Part shown: in pieces, positions 37,795 through 51,029 of the stretch
Position numbering within the stretch: position 1 is the stretch's first letter
How the letters are laid out: every line of letters begins with the position of its first letter
Assembly (NCBI GenBank): GCA_002269645.1
Contig: NIVC01001599.1
Location: 18,813-82,812 of the forward strand
Source: Macrostomum lignano
Lineage: Eukaryota
DNA length: 64,000 nucleotides
Reading direction: 5' to 3'
Translations under genes and position numbers: made by a program
Notes under the pieces: model-generated
Told to the model about the DNA's origin: nothing
The model's input: the letters and a program-made list of their open reading frames with translations, nothing else
Databases searched by the model: none

Positions 37795-40015
37795 TTTCCC
37801 TCACTTCCGGTCATTCTAGCTAGCTTCCCTTTCCCTCACTTCCGGTCATTCTAGCTAGCTTCCCTTTCCCTCACTTCCGGTCATTCTAGCTAGCTTCCCT
37901 CTCCGTCACTTCCGGTCATTCTAGCTAGCTTCCCTTTCCCTCACTTCCGGTCATTCTAGCTAGCTTCCCTTTCCAGTTTCCCTCACTTCCGGTCATTCTA
38001 GCTAGCTTCCCTTTCCCTCACTTCCGGTCATTCTAGCTAGCTTCCCTCTCCGTCACTTCCGGTCATTCTAGCTAGCTTCCCTTTCCGTCACTTCCGGTCA
38101 TTCTAGCTAGCTTCCCTTTCCCTCACTTCCGGTCATTCTAGCTAGCTTCCCTTTCCCTCACTTCCGGTCATTCTAGCTAGCTTCCCTTTCCGTCACTTCC
38201 GGTCATTCTAGCTAGCTTCCCTTTCCCTCACTTCCGGTCATTCTAGCTAGCTTCCCTTTCCCTCACTTCCGGTCATTCTAGCTAGCTTCCCTTTCCCTCC
38301 CTGTCATTCTAGCTAGCTTCCCTTTCCCTCACTTCCGGTCATTCTAGCTAGCTTCCCTTTCCCTCACTTCCGGTCATTCTAGCTAGCTTCCCTCTCCGTC
38401 ACTTCTGGTCATTCTAGCTAGCTTCCCTTTCCCTCACTTCCGGTCATTCTAGCTAGCTTCCCTTTCCCTCACTTCCGGTCATTCTAGCTAGCTTCCCTTT
38501 CCCTCACTTCCGGTCATTCTAGCTAGCTTCCCTTTCCCTCCCTGTCATTCTAGCTAGCTTCCCTTTCCCTCACTTCCGGTCATTCTAGCTAGCTTCCCTC
38601 TCCGTCACTTCCGGTCATTCTAGCTAGCTTCCCTTTCCGTCACTTCCGGTCATTCTAGCTAGCTTCCCTTTCCCTCACTTCCGGTCATTCTAGCTAGCTT
38701 CCCTTTCCCTCACTTCCGGTCATTCTAGCTAGCTTCCCTTTCCGTCACTTCCGGTCATTCTAGCTAGCTTCCCTTTCCCTCACTTCCGGTCATTCTAGCT
38801 AGCTTCCCTTTCCCTCACTTCCGGTCATTCTAGCTAGCTTCCCTTTCCCTCCCTGTCATTCTAGCTAGCTTCCCTTTCCCTCACTTCCGGTCATTCTAGC
38901 TAGCTTCCCTTTCCCTCACTTCCGGTCATTCTAGCTAGCTTCCCTCTCCGTCACTTCTGGTCATTCTAGCTAGCTTCCCTTTCCCTCACTTCCGGTCATT
39001 CTAGCTAGCTTCCCTTTCCCTCACTTCCGGTCATTCTAGCTAGCTTCCCTTTCCCTCACTTCCGGTCATTCTAGCTAGCTTCCCTTTCCCTCACTTCCGG
39101 TCATTCTAGCTAGCTTCCCTTTCCCTCACTTCCGGTCATTCTAGCTAGCTTCCCTTTCCCTCCCTGTCATTCTAGCTAGCTTCCCTTTCCCTCACTTCCG
39201 GTCATTCTAGCTAGCTTCCCTTTCCCTCACTTCCGGTCATTCTAGCTAGCTTCCCTTTCCAGTTTCCCTCACTTCCGGTCATTCTAGCTAGCTTCCCTTT
39301 CCCTCACTTCCGGTCATTCTAGCTAGCTTCCCTCTCCGTCACTTCCGGTCATTCTAGCTAGCTTCCCTTTCCGTCACTTCCGGTCATTCTAGCTAGCTTC
39401 CCTTTCCCTCACTTCCGGTCATTCTAGCTAGCTTCCCTTTCCCTCACTTCCGGTCATTCTAGCTAGCTTCCCTTTCCGTCACTTCCGGTCATTCTAGCTA
39501 GCTTCCCTTTCCCTCACTTCCGGTCATTCTAGCTAGCTTCCCTTTCCCTCACTTCCGGTCATTCTAGCTAGCTTCCCTTTCCCTCCCTGTCATTCTAGCT
39601 AGCTTCCCTTTCCCTCACTTCCGGTCATTCTAGCTAGCTTCCCTTTCCCTCACTTCCGGTCATTCTAGCTAGCTTCCCTCTCCGTCACTTCCAGTCATTC
39701 TAGCTAGCTTCCCTTTCCGTCACTTCCGGTCATTCTAGCTTGCTTCCCTTTCCCTCACTTCCGGTCATTCTAGCTAGCTTCCCTTTCCCTCCCTGTCATT
39801 CTAGCTAGCTTTCCTTTCCCTCACTTCCGGTCATTCTAGCTAGCTTCCCTTTCCCTCGCTTCCGGCCATTCTAACTAGCTTCCCTTTCCCTCACTTCCGG
39901 TCATTCTAGCTAGCTTCCCTTTCCCTCACTTCCGGTCATTCTAGCTAGCTTCCCTTTCCCTCACTTCTGGTCATTCTTGCTAGCTTCCCTTTCCCTCACT
40001 TCAGTCAATTTTGCT
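37795..40015. repeat. 35-bp minisatellite (CTTCCGGTCATTCTAGCTAGCTTCCCTTTCCCTCA), about 60 copies
   Basis: 35-bp period seen directly. Confidence 0.95.
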
Positions 40016-41088
40016 AGCCTCCCTTTACCTCACTTAACTTAATTCTTGGTACACCTATTTTGCATTCTATAATGATATGGTTAATAAATTCATTTTTGCA
40101 AAAATTAATACATACATAATTAGAAATAATCAATGTATGTCATATAGCAACCCATTTTTAATGAATTTTTGTTTCTTTATTTATTCGGATATAATGAAAT
40201 TTCTAGAAAGCCTTAATATTCAGACTAGGCCCATCTGATTTTTATATAATCTTATCTACTATACTTGTTTACTAAAGGTATGTTGCAAAATTGACCCCTT
40301 CAGAAAGGTATAAAAGGGCAAAAAAAGTAATATTGAAAGAGGAAAGAAGAGATCATATATTCCCAAACCTTATTAATTTATGCTAGCTATGCAACTTTGT
40401 TTCAACAAAGATGTACTTTCTTTGTTATTGCATTTTTCTCCTTCTGTTGTCCCTTTTTTCTGTTTTCTTTCCAACTCCATTATAAACCAAGTTTTTATCT
40501 AGAGGGTATGATGTCATATCTAGAATTAGGGTATAATTTTGAAGTTTTAAATAATAACTTGCACAAAAAACTTAATCATTTTTAAGAGGCAGTTTTGAAA
40601 TTTTGGGTGTTTTACATGTCTGTTTGCAGAGACCTTGGCTAAAAAAACTTTGAAAGAAATTAATGTAGTTAATAAAACTTATTTATGCTGGCATTTTCAT
40701 ATAAAGTCAAAGTGTAAATGGGTTATGATACAAATTCTCTTATTTAGTATAATATGCCATTAGCAAAATTGAATAAGTATTATTACTTCTTTTTATAATT
40801 TTACTAGAAGTCTAGCGGGTATAGATAAAATCCACTGAACTATGTGCTGACATGACCTTTTCTGCTTGTAACTATTCTTAAGCCTTTCATCTATATCATA
40901 GTTGATGTAGTTAGTGTACATGTACATGTATGACAGACAGTTGCTATAACCTGGCTTGGCATTAGTTTTATGATGCTGGGTACCTAAATTATGAAAGTTT
41001 TCTAATTGCTACAGATGGCTAGAAGTTCGTCTGCGTGGTCAGTAGTTTAGCCTAGTCCAATTTCCCCCACTGCAGCCAATTTTGCATC

Positions 41089-42233
41089 ATGGGTGGCCAG
41101 TCCTCCAAGCCGCGGCAGAGGGTGCTGATTGCTGTTGACGGCTCCAGCCACAGCCAGAACGCATTCGACTGGTACCGCACCAACCTGGCCACGCCAGGGG
41201 AAGATGTGATTCTCTTCCACACTGGCAGCCTGCCCAGCCACCTGGTGGCGCCCACCGGAATTCCGGCATCCGATAGCGACGTTCGACAAGCCGAGGAGAG
41301 CTTGAGAAAGCGGGTGGCCCGGCTGGAAGAGAGCATGATGGAGCAGTGCAAGCAACACAGCATGCAGTGCAGGTGGGCTGGCGGGCAGGCATTGAGGCAG
41401 AGAGCCAGATAAACACTAACAAAGGCACTAAGACAAACGCTAGAACAGACTGACAGGCAGACACTAGGGCATTCTGACAGACATAGACACAGACACTAGG
41501 GCAGGTTGACAGACAGACAGACAGGCTGGCAGACAGACACAAAGACAGGCTGGCAGGCAGACAGACACTAGGACAGGTTGACAAGCAGACAGACACTCAG
41601 ACACTAGGATAGGTTGACAAACAGACAACAGACACTCAGACACTAGGATAGGTTGACAAACAGACAGACAGACAGACACTCAGACACTAGGATAGATTGA
41701 CAAACAGACAGACAGACAGACAGACACTCAGACACTAGGATAGGTTGACAAACAGACAGACAGACAGACAGACACTCAGACACTAGGATAGGTTGACAAA
41801 CAGACAGACAGACACTAGGGCAGGTTGACAAACAGACAGACAGACACTAGGGCAGGTTGACAGACAGACAGACAGGCTGGCAGACAGACACTCAGACAGG
41901 CAGGCAGACATGCAGAAATAGTTACAGTCTCCAACTCCACAATATGTGCCCCACAGCGGCGCAGAGTGGCGCATTTATCCAGTAAGCCAATGAACTCAGT
42001 TGTGGGTGCACGCGCACTGACTCTCGGCCGCCCGCAGGTGGAAGTACGCCGACTCGCTGAGCCCCGGCCCGGCCGTGGTGGACGCCTCAGCCGAGGAGAA
42101 GGCCGACCTGGTTGTCATGGGAACGCGCGGCCTCGGCACTATTCGCCGCACAATTCTGGGCTCAGTTAGCGAGTTTGTCATCTCGCACAGCCGCAGGCCC
42201 GTGGTTGTGGTGCCCCCGCCGCCTCAGCAGTAA
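41089..42233 (+). CDS. Universal stress protein (USP domain), copy 2, 159 aa; exons 41089-41372 and 42038-42233
   Basis: Paralog of 35561-36829 with identical exon lengths (284 + 196 nt). Confidence 0.92.
41400..41912. repeat. CAGA-rich compound repeat in USP copy 2 intron
   Basis: Seen directly. Confidence 0.9.
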
Positions 42234-42939
42234 CTGCTAAGACTGCAAATGCTATGATAACTATATGGGCCGCTCAGGTAGCATTTCCAATATATAGTCA
42301 GAAAGAATACTCAAGTTATTCTATGAAAAATATGAGTAAGAGTAGTTAGCAGACAGATGAGAACAAATTGCTATTGCTGCAGCCGTAATGTACTTTAGCC
42401 AGCTCCAATATAGCCAAGTCGTGTCCTGAAAAACAATAAAGTGCTTAAATTTAACTTCTACTGAAAGTAGCTTACACGCAAATGTTCCGAGTGGCCCGTG
42501 TAGTTGGCTCGTGGACTTGTCGTTCAATTTTTTTTAATAGCTAAAATCCCTTAACTAACATAATTAATCTAATTATGCTCCAAGTAATTCTCTGTGTCAG
42601 CGAGTTTTGTTTTACTGCAAATCCGGTTTTTAACACCAGTCTACTGCTCTCTATCAGATCTACGCGTATTCTCACTATCTTCTGCAGGCGTGCAGCACTG
42701 GGTTTGTATTGCTGAAAATTCATGCAACAAATTTCTGCTTAAGCCGTTCATACTATTTATTGATTAAATTTCCTCGCCTAAATAAATACATTTCCTATGC
42801 GCCTGGTGATTGCCTAATTTATAAATTAACTTTAGCTCCCAGTATATAAAATTTGGGTTTTTCTGAACATACCGGCTGTTTATGAGTCTTCTTTTTATTA
42901 TGATTCTGATACTAATGGGAATGTTGACTTGCCTCCCTT

Positions 42940-43705
42940 CCCGCACTTCCGGTCATTTTGGCTAGCCTCCTTTTCCCTTTCCGGTAATTCTGTCTGGCCT
43001 CCCTTTCACTTCCGGTCATTGTGTATTGCCTCCATTTCACTTCCGGTAATTCTGTCTGGTCTCCCTTTCACTTCCAATCATTCTGTCTGGCCTCCCTTTC
43101 ACTTCCGGTCATTCTGTCTGGCCTCCCTTTCACTTCCGGTCATTCTTTCTGGCCTCCCTTTCGCTTCTGGTCATTCTGTCTGGCCTCCCTTTCACTTCCG
43201 GTCATTCTGTCTGGTCTCCCTTTCACTTCCAGTCATTCTGTCTGGCCTCCCTTTCACTTCCGGTCATTCTGTATCATCTCCTTTTCACTTCCGGTCATTC
43301 TGTCTGGTCTCCCTTTCACTTCCAGTCATTCTGTATCGTCTCCTTTTCACTTCCGGTCATTCTGTATCATCTCCTTTTCACTTCCGGTCATTCTGTCTGG
43401 TCTCCCTTTCACTTCCGGTCATTCTGTATCGTCTCCTTTTCACTTCCGGTCATTCTGTCTGGTCTTTTCACTTCCAGTCATTCTGTCTGGCCTCCCTTTC
43501 ACTTCCGGTCATTCTGTCTGGTCTCCCTTTCACTTCCGGTCATTCTGTCTGGTCTCCCTTTCACTTCCGGTCATTGTGTCTGGCCTCTCTTTCACTTCCA
43601 GTCATTCTGTTTGGCCTCCCTTTCGCTTCTGGTCATAATTTCTGGTCTCCCTTTCGCGTCCGGTCATTTTGGCTGTCTTTTTACATGTGCTTCACTTCCG
43701 GTCAC
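42940..43705. repeat. 31-bp minisatellite (TTCTGTCTGGCCTCCCTTTCACTTCCGGTCA), homolog of the 35-bp array
   Basis: 31-bp period; shares the CACTTCCGGTCATTCT core; syntenic position. Confidence 0.92.
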
Positions 43706-43770
43706 TATGCCCGCAATAGCTGCACTGTAGTGCTGAATTTTTGTGTTGCTGCCGCTGCCCCGTCAACCGC

Positions 43771-46700
43771 ATGACGTCACTGGCCCCGCAGCCGGCCGAC
43801 ATTTGGCCGGCCGATTGCGCCAGCTATTGGCGGATCGCCAACGCCACAGCCAGGTGCCAGTTTGTGCGTTCAGCTGAGGCGTGCGACGCCGAGTCCGGTT
43901 TGATTGCCTACCTGTCAGCATTTGTGTGCCAGGTGCCGGACTGGGCCAAGCCGCTGTACCTGGCCGCCTGCGCAATATGGCTGCTGCTCCTATTTGTAAC
44001 TCTGGCCACTACGGCCGACAATTTCTTCTGCCCGTCGCTCACGGTGATGTCTGACAATCTCAGGCTCAGCCACAACCTCGCCGGCGTCACCCTGCTGGCC
44101 TTCGGCAACGGCGCCCCCGACATTTTCTCGTCTCTGGCGGCCGTGCTGCAGTCCGACAGCGGCGATGCATCCTTAGCCTTTGGCGCCCTGCTTGGCGCTG
44201 GCGTCTTTGTTACCACCGTGGTTGCCGGCGTCGTGTCCGCTGTGCGGCCCTTTAAGGTGGGCGGCAGCTTAGAGCTGATTGAGAATCAATACTAGGTTGG
44301 TTGAGACCAGGTTAAGATGATAGAGACCAGGTGAGATTAGGAATGACAAAGACCAGGTGAGGTTAGGAATGACAAAGACCAGGTGAGGTTAGGAATGACA
44401 AAGACCAGGTGAGGTTAGGAATGACAAAGACCAGGTGAGGTTAGGAATGACAAGGACCAGGTGAGGTTAGGAATGACAAAGACCAGGTGAGGTTAGGAAT
44501 GACAAAGACTAGGTAAGATTAGGAATGACAAATACCAGGTGAGGTTAGGAATAACAAAGACCAGGTGAGGTTAGGAATGACAAAGACCAGGTGAGGTTAG
44601 GAATGACAAAGACCAGGTGAAATTAGGAATAACAAAGACCAGATGAGAGTAAGAATGACAAAGACTAGGTGAGGTTAGGAATGACAAGGACCAGGTGAAG
44701 CGGCCAGACAGGCATCAGGAAGCCTTTCTTCCGTCACAATTCTCGCAGGCAATGGAGCGGCCTCTTCTGAAAGACCTAGTATTTTACCTGGCCGCTCTCT
44801 ACCTCGCATTCTACGCGATCTACCGCGGCCGGATCAACCTGGCCGAGGCCGTCTGCTTTCTCGGCCTGTACCTGGCATTCGTAGTCGTCACCCTGGTTTC
44901 GCGGCTCATTCGCAGCTACGCCCGCCGGCGCCGACACGGCCACAGAAGGCCGCATCCGCACGGAGCCGCGATCGGCGTCAACTCGCCAGCCGATCAGCTG
45001 ACTGCGGCGGCAGCGGGCAGTTACGGCGAGCGGGCGCCCCTGCTGCACTCCTACGTTGCCGACGAGTTGCAAAGCGGTCGGGTTGGCGTCAGCAGCAGCG
45101 GCAGCGTCGGTGCTGCCACCGTCAACGACGGCCTGCTGTACACCGTTCGCTACGCCATCCAACACCCGCCTTCTGGGAGAAGGTGCGGCTCACTGAGAAT
45201 CTCCCTCAAGTCCACTGTCTATCTCACTGAGAATCTCCCTCAAGTCCACTGTCTATCTCACTGAGAATCTCCCTCAAGTCCACTGTCTATCTCACTGAGA
45301 ATCTCCCTCAACTCTACTGTCTATCCCACTGAGAATCTCCCTCAACTCTACCGTCTATCCCACTGAGAATCTCCCTCAACTCTACTGTCTATCTCACTGA
45401 GAATCTCCCTCAACTCTACTGTCTATCCCACTGAGAATCTCCCTCAACTCTACCGTCTATCCCACTGAGAATCTCCCTCAACTCTACTGTCTATCCCACT
45501 GAGAATCTCCCTCAACTCTACTGTCTATCTCACTGAGAATCTCCCTCAACTCTACTGTCTATCCCACTGAGAATCTCCCTCAACTCTACTGTCTATCCCA
45601 CTGAGAATCTCCCTCAACTCTACTGTCTATCTCACTGAGAATCTCCCTCAACTCTACTGTCTATCCCACTGAGAATCTCCCTCAACTCTACTGTCTATCT
45701 CACTGAGAATCTCCCTCAACTCCACTGTCTATCCCACTGAGAATCTCCCTCAACTCCACTGTCTATCTCACTGAGAATCTCCCTCAACTCCACTGTCTAT
45801 CCCACTGAGAATCTCCCTCAACTCCACTGTCTATCTCACTGAGAATCTCCCTCAACTCCACTGTCTATCTCACTGAGAATCTCCCTCAACTCCACTGTCT
45901 ACTCACTGAGAATCTCCCTCAACTCCACTGTCTATCCACTGAGAATCTCCCTCAACTCTACTGTCTATCTCACTGAGAATCTCCCTCAACTCCACTGTCT
46001 ATCCCACTGAGAATCTCCCTCAACTCCACTGTCTATCTCACTGAGAATCTCCCTCAAGTCCACTGTCTATCTCACTGAGAATCTCCCTCAAGTCCACTGT
46101 CTATCTCACTGAGAATCTCCCTCAAGTCCACTGTCTATCTCACTGAGAATCTCCCTCAAGTCCACTGTCTATCCCACTGAGAATCTCCCTCAACTCTACT
46201 GTCTATCTCACTGACAATCTCCTCAAATCCATCTTTTCCATGTTAATCCTAAACGTTATTAACAAGAGCGAGAGCAATGACTGTAAGAAACAAACTTTTC
46301 TCCGCCAGGTACGACCTCGACGGCGCCGAGTTGGACATCGATGAAGACGAAGACGACGTCGAGAATGTCGCTGAGTTCCGCGGCGGCCGCGCCGACGCCC
46401 TGTCGGCCGACGTCGCCGTCTCCCGTTCGCTGCAGTCGGTCGACCTCGCCACTCCGCCGTCGGCATCGCCCTCCGCCGGCCTCCTTGGTTGCGGTGGCGG
46501 CGGCGGCGGCTTCTCCGCTGACTCCTCGCTGCTGGTTCAGCTGGCGCGCCGCCTGGCGCCAATCGATCTGGTAGCCTGGCGCGAAGGCGGCCTCGCAGCC
46601 CGCCTGCTGGAGCTGGCGAAGGCGCCCTGCCTGCTGCCGCTCAGCCTGGCCGTGCCGGTCGTCGACGACGACCAGCCGTTGCGCGGCTGGTGCCGGCCGC

Positions 46701-47903
46701 TGAACTGCCTTCAACTGGCCGTCGGCCCGCTGGTGTGCCTGCTGGCCAGCGGCCTGTACAGCGTGCCGGTGCCCACTGCCGACTCTCAAGTGCTGCTGCT
46801 GTACATCTGCGCTCCCGTGCTGGCCGTCATCGCCATTGTGGCCCTGTGCAAATCTGAGACAGACAGGCCGCCTGTGTGGCATGACTGCCTGGCTTGGCTG
46901 GGCTTCATCACCGCTGTGCTCATCATCTACCTGGTGGCTAATGAGGTGGTGGCTCTGCTGCAGGTGCGTTTTCAGCATCCCGGATCCTCAGTTGCTGGGC
47001 CAGCCTCCGAGATCCTCAGTTGCTGGGCCAGCTTCCCAGATCCCCAGTTGCTGTGCCAGCCTCCCAGATCCTCAGTTTCTGGGCCAGCCTCCCAGATCCT
47101 AAGTTTCTGGGCCAGCCTCCCAGATCTGATCCTCAGTTGCTGGGCCACCAGCCTCCCAGATCCTCAGTTGGTGGGCCAGCCCCCAGATCCCCAGTTGCCG
47201 TGCCAGCCTCCCAGATCCCCAGTTGCTGGGTCAGCCTCCCAGATCCCCAGTTGCTGGGCCAGCCTCCCAGATCCCCAGTTGCTGGGTCAGCCTCCCAGAT
47301 CCCCAGTTGCTGGGCCAGCCTCCCAGATCCCCAGTTGCTGGGCCAGCCTCCCAGATCCCCAGTTGCTGGGTCAGCCTCCCAGATCCCCAGTTGCTGGGCC
47401 AGCCTCCCAGATCCTCATTTGCTGGGCCAGCCTCCCAGATCCTCAGTTCCCCAATTTCAAGTTTCAAGTTTCCCAATCCACTTCAGGCATTCGGCGTCCT
47501 GTTGAACGTCTCGAAGGCGACCCTGGGGCTGACCCTGCTAGCCTGGGGCAACAGCGTCGGCGACCTGATCAGCAACGTGGCCCTGGCCCGCCGCGGCTAC
47601 CCCAGAATGGCCATCTCCGCCTGTTTCGGCGGCCCAATGTTCAACCTGTTGGTGGGCGTTGGCCTGTCCTTCACAGTGCTGCTGGCCAGGCATCGAGCGA
47701 GCAGCGTGCGGCTGTTAGGCGACAGGCTCGACTTTGTGCTGCTGGGCGGCCTGGCGGCCAGTCTGTGCTTCACTCTGGTGTACTCGGTGTTCGGCCGGTT
47801 TCAGCTGGGCCGCGGCTACGCCATCGTGCTCCTGCTCATGTACGCTGCCTTTCTCACGCTGGCTCTGCTGGTTGAGTTCAGGCTGGTGCCGATCTTTGGC
47901 TGA
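43771..47903 (+). CDS. SLC8B1: NCLX/SLC8B1-type Na+/Ca2+ exchanger, about 663 aa; exons 43771-44256, 44749-45182, 46309-46963, 47487-47903
   Basis: alpha-1 AGVTLLAFGNGAPDIFSS; alpha-2 LGLTLLAWGNSVGDLISN..GYPRMAISACFGGPMFN; FFCPSL; junction phases 0/2/0 are consistent; start codon uncertain. Confidence 0.92.
44310..44700. repeat. 26-bp minisatellite in NCLX intron 1
   Basis: Unit GACCAGGTGAGGTTAGGAATGACAAA. Confidence 0.93.
45190..46220. repeat. 34-bp minisatellite in NCLX intron 2
   Basis: Unit CTCACTGAGAATCTCCCTCAACTCTACTGTCTAT. Confidence 0.95.
46975..47450. repeat. 28-bp minisatellite in NCLX intron 3
   Basis: Unit CAGTTGCTGGGCCAGCCTCCCAGATCCC. Confidence 0.93.
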
Positions 47904-47974
47904 TCCATCACCTGCTGCTGGCATTGGGATTGGCTAGAGAGATGGATTTGAGATAGTTGAATGGGCTTGTGAGT

Positions 47975-48770
47975 GCGTTGGGTGGGTCAGGATTCGGTTT
48001 GGTGGGTCAGGATTCGGTTTGGTGGGTCAGGATTCGGTTTGGTGGGTCAGGATTCGGTTTGGTGGGTCAGGATTCGGTTTGGTGGGTCAGGATTCGGTTT
48101 GGTGGGTCAGGATTCGGTTTGGTGGGTCAGGATTCGTTTGGTGGGTCAGGATTCTGTTTGGTGGGTCAGGATTCTGTTTGGTGGGTCAGGATTCGGTTTG
48201 GTGGGTCAGGATTCGGTTTGGTGGGTTAGGCTTCGATCAGGTGTGTCAGGGTTATTTTAAATGGGTTAGGATTACTTCATAGGTCAGGACTCAGTCACAT
48301 GAGTCAGGATTTAATCAGGTTCAAGATTCAGTCAGATGGGTCAGGATTCAATTAGATGGGTCAGGACTCAGTCAGATGGGTCAGGGTTTAATCACATAAG
48401 TTAGTATTAAGCCAGATGGGTCAGGATTGAATCAGGTTCAGGATTCAGTCAGATGGGTCAGGATTCAATCAGATGGGTCAGAGTTCAGTCAGATGGTCAG
48501 GATTTAATCAGGTGGGTCAGGAATTGATCAGATGGGTCAGGAATGGATCAGATGGGTCAGAAATTGATCAGATGGGTCAGGGTTCAGTCAGATGGCTCAG
48601 GAATTGATCAGATGGGTCAAGGATCAGTTAGATGGGTCAGGATTCAATCAGGTGGGCCAAGATTCAATTCGATGGGTCAGGATTCAGTCAGATGGGTCAG
48701 AATTCCATCAGATGGGTCATGTTCAGTAGAGGTAGATCAGGATTCAATCAGGTGGGTCCACAGACTAGCC
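47975..48770. repeat. 20-bp minisatellite (GGTGGGTCAGGATTCGGTTT) grading into degenerate GATGGGTCAGGATTCAATCA
   Basis: Seen directly. Confidence 0.9.
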
Positions 48771-49254
48771 AATGGGCCAAAATTTTGTCAGATAAGTTAT
48801 TTGCAAATCTTGTTTGTGACTCACTTTTATAAATGGAAAATCAGAGTTGAAAATCGATAGATGTCTTGCATTACAAAAAACAGCGCAGTGTGTCATAGGC
48901 GTGCTGCACTTATCATTCGCTGCATTATGACGTTGCTGTATGATTAGATTATATATTTTCTGAACTAATTGGACCACAGATTCGATCAATATTTATTGCA
49001 ATTTTCTGGATATTTCACAGAATATTTCTTTTGTTTATACCGAAAATTTATCGCGTTGAATCGAAATATTTTGTACCTCATCGGGTATTTTGCGTATTTT
49101 TTATATTTCTTGATTGCCAAATAGCTTTGAACCTATTGAGAATATGAAATTAATAAATTTTCGTACTCTGATAGCCCCTATTTCGGTTAGGTTTATCTTT
49201 CTGAAATTCTTGCCGCTTTTCTAAATTAATTTTTCTGGTAAATTTGTCCAGTCC

Positions 49255-49780
49255 AACACCCTAGAGAATCGCCCTGTAACACCCAAGGGAATCGCTCTGT
49301 AATACCCTCGAGAATCGTCCTGTAACACCCTCGAGAATCGCCCTGTAACACCCAAGGGAATCGCCCTGTAACACCCTCGAGAATCGCCCTGTAACACCCA
49401 AGGGAATCGCCCTGTAACACCCTCGAGAAGCGCCCTGTTACACCCCGAGAATCGCCCTGTAACACCCTCGAGAATCGGCCTGTAACACCCAAGGCAATCC
49501 GCCCTGTAACACCCTCGAGAAGCGCCCTGTAACACCCTCGAGAACCGCCCTGTAACACACGCGACAACGGCTCTGTAACACCCTCGAGAATCGCCCTGTA
49601 ACGCCCAAGGGAATCGCCCTGTAACACCCCAAGGGAATCGCCCTGTAACACCCCAAGGGAATCACCCTGTAACACCCAAGGGAATCGCCCTGTAACGCCC
49701 TCGAGAAGCGCCCTGTAACACCCAAGGGAATCGCCCTGTAACACCCTCGAGAATCGCCCTGTAACACTCTTGAGAATCCC
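49255..49780. repeat. 23-bp minisatellite with GAATCGCCCTGTAACAC core and two alternating variants
   Basis: Seen directly. Confidence 0.92.
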
Positions 49781-49804
49781 GTCACCTTCAGCCTGTCCGG
49801 CCCC

Positions 49805-50724
49805 ATGCTGTCCCGGTCGGCTTTCAACGAGGCGCTGCCGCAGCTCCTCGCCCGCCTCTCTGGCCGCCTCTCCTGGCCGATGCGCCTGGCAACCGTCGGA
49901 GCCGAATCCGACACGCCCGTGATGGAGCTGCAGACCAGCTTCCTGGTTGCCGGCCCTGCTGCTGATGCGTCCGATTCTGCTCCCGTGTTGGTGCAGGTAA
50001 ATCTCTATCTGCCAATCCGCCTCTGTCTCTATCTGCCAATCCGCCTCTGTCTCTATCTGCCAATCTGCCAATCCGCCTCTGTCTCTATCTGCCAATCTGC
50101 CAGTCCACCTCAGTCTCTATCTGCCAATCTACCTCAGTCTCTATCTGCCAATATGCCAATCCGCCTCTGTCTCTATCTGCCAATCTGCCAATCCACCTCA
50201 GTCTCTATCTGCCAATCTACCTCAGTCTCTATCTGCCAATATGCCAATCCACCTCAGTCTATATCTGCCTATCTGCCAATCTGCCGGCCCCAATTCATCT
50301 CAGTATCTATCTGCCGGCCTTCCCCTGCCAGATGCGACTGCACATTGGCTTCAGCTCTGCCTACGCCTGCCCGGTGCTGCACTTCTGCCTCAGCCAGCCC
50401 GACGGCGTCCCCCTGGCAGCCTCCGACGCCGCCGATTTCGTTCGCGTCAACGTGGAATCGTCGACTGGCGAGGCAGCCGGGCAGCTGGATCTGGCCTCGG
50501 TGCTGTCGCAGGTGCCGCATCCGCAGCTGGGCTGCCCCATGTACACCCTGCACCCGTGCCGCACCGCAGAGCTCATCGGCAGGCTGACGTCAGCCTCTGA
50601 AGCTGACAGAGATGGCAGCGGCGAAGTCCGCGACACGAATGCCGCCGCGCTGGCGGTGCTGAGCTGGCTGACTGTCTATGGCCGGGCCGTGGGACTGCAG
50701 GTGCCCCCAGAGTGCTTCCTGTAG
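49805..50724 (+). CDS. ATG10: Autophagy E2-like enzyme ATG10, 194 aa; exons 49805-49996 and 50332-50724
   Basis: HIGFSSAYACPVLHF..DGVPL, HPQLGCPMYTLHPC (catalytic Cys), SWLTVYGRAVGL; phase-0 GT-AG intron. Confidence 0.88.
50000..50320. repeat. TCTCTATCTGCCAAT-core repeat filling the ATG10 intron
   Basis: Seen directly. Confidence 0.88.
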
Positions 50725-51029
50725 CTGACTGACTGACTGACTGACTGACTGACTGACTGACTGACTGACTCTATCAAGCGATGCACTGTATCTTGTCTTT
50801 CATGTTTATATTCTTTACTATGCTGCTGATAATTTTGTTAAGTAGTATGATGTAAATTTTCTGTTTATTATTCGTAGCGAAAATGATGGCTATTTGTTCA
50901 CGGAATATTCGGGCCTCATGGCCCACGTCCTTTTTCAAAAGGCTGAACGCAGGGACTTCAATGTGTTGTTTTAATTTCTAATTCTAAACTTAATTCTTTT
51001 AAGGTCAAGTAATCTCTCATTCAGGGATG

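Larger units (their letters stand above)
35490..43705 (+). other. Tandem segmental duplication (USP gene + 3' flank + CACTTCCGG minisatellite); copies about 35490-40015 and 40960-43705
   Basis: Collinear homology of 5' flank, both exons, intron 3' end, 3' flank and downstream array. Confidence 0.88.

Noticed and set aside
43707-43774. Possible NCLX N-terminal targeting peptide (MPAIAAL..VVLNFCVAAAAPSTA)
   Set aside because: Needs two compensating indels; unsupported without reads
44310-44700. GGTTAGG resembling telomeric repeat
   Set aside because: Single motif per 26-bp unit; not (TTAGGG)n
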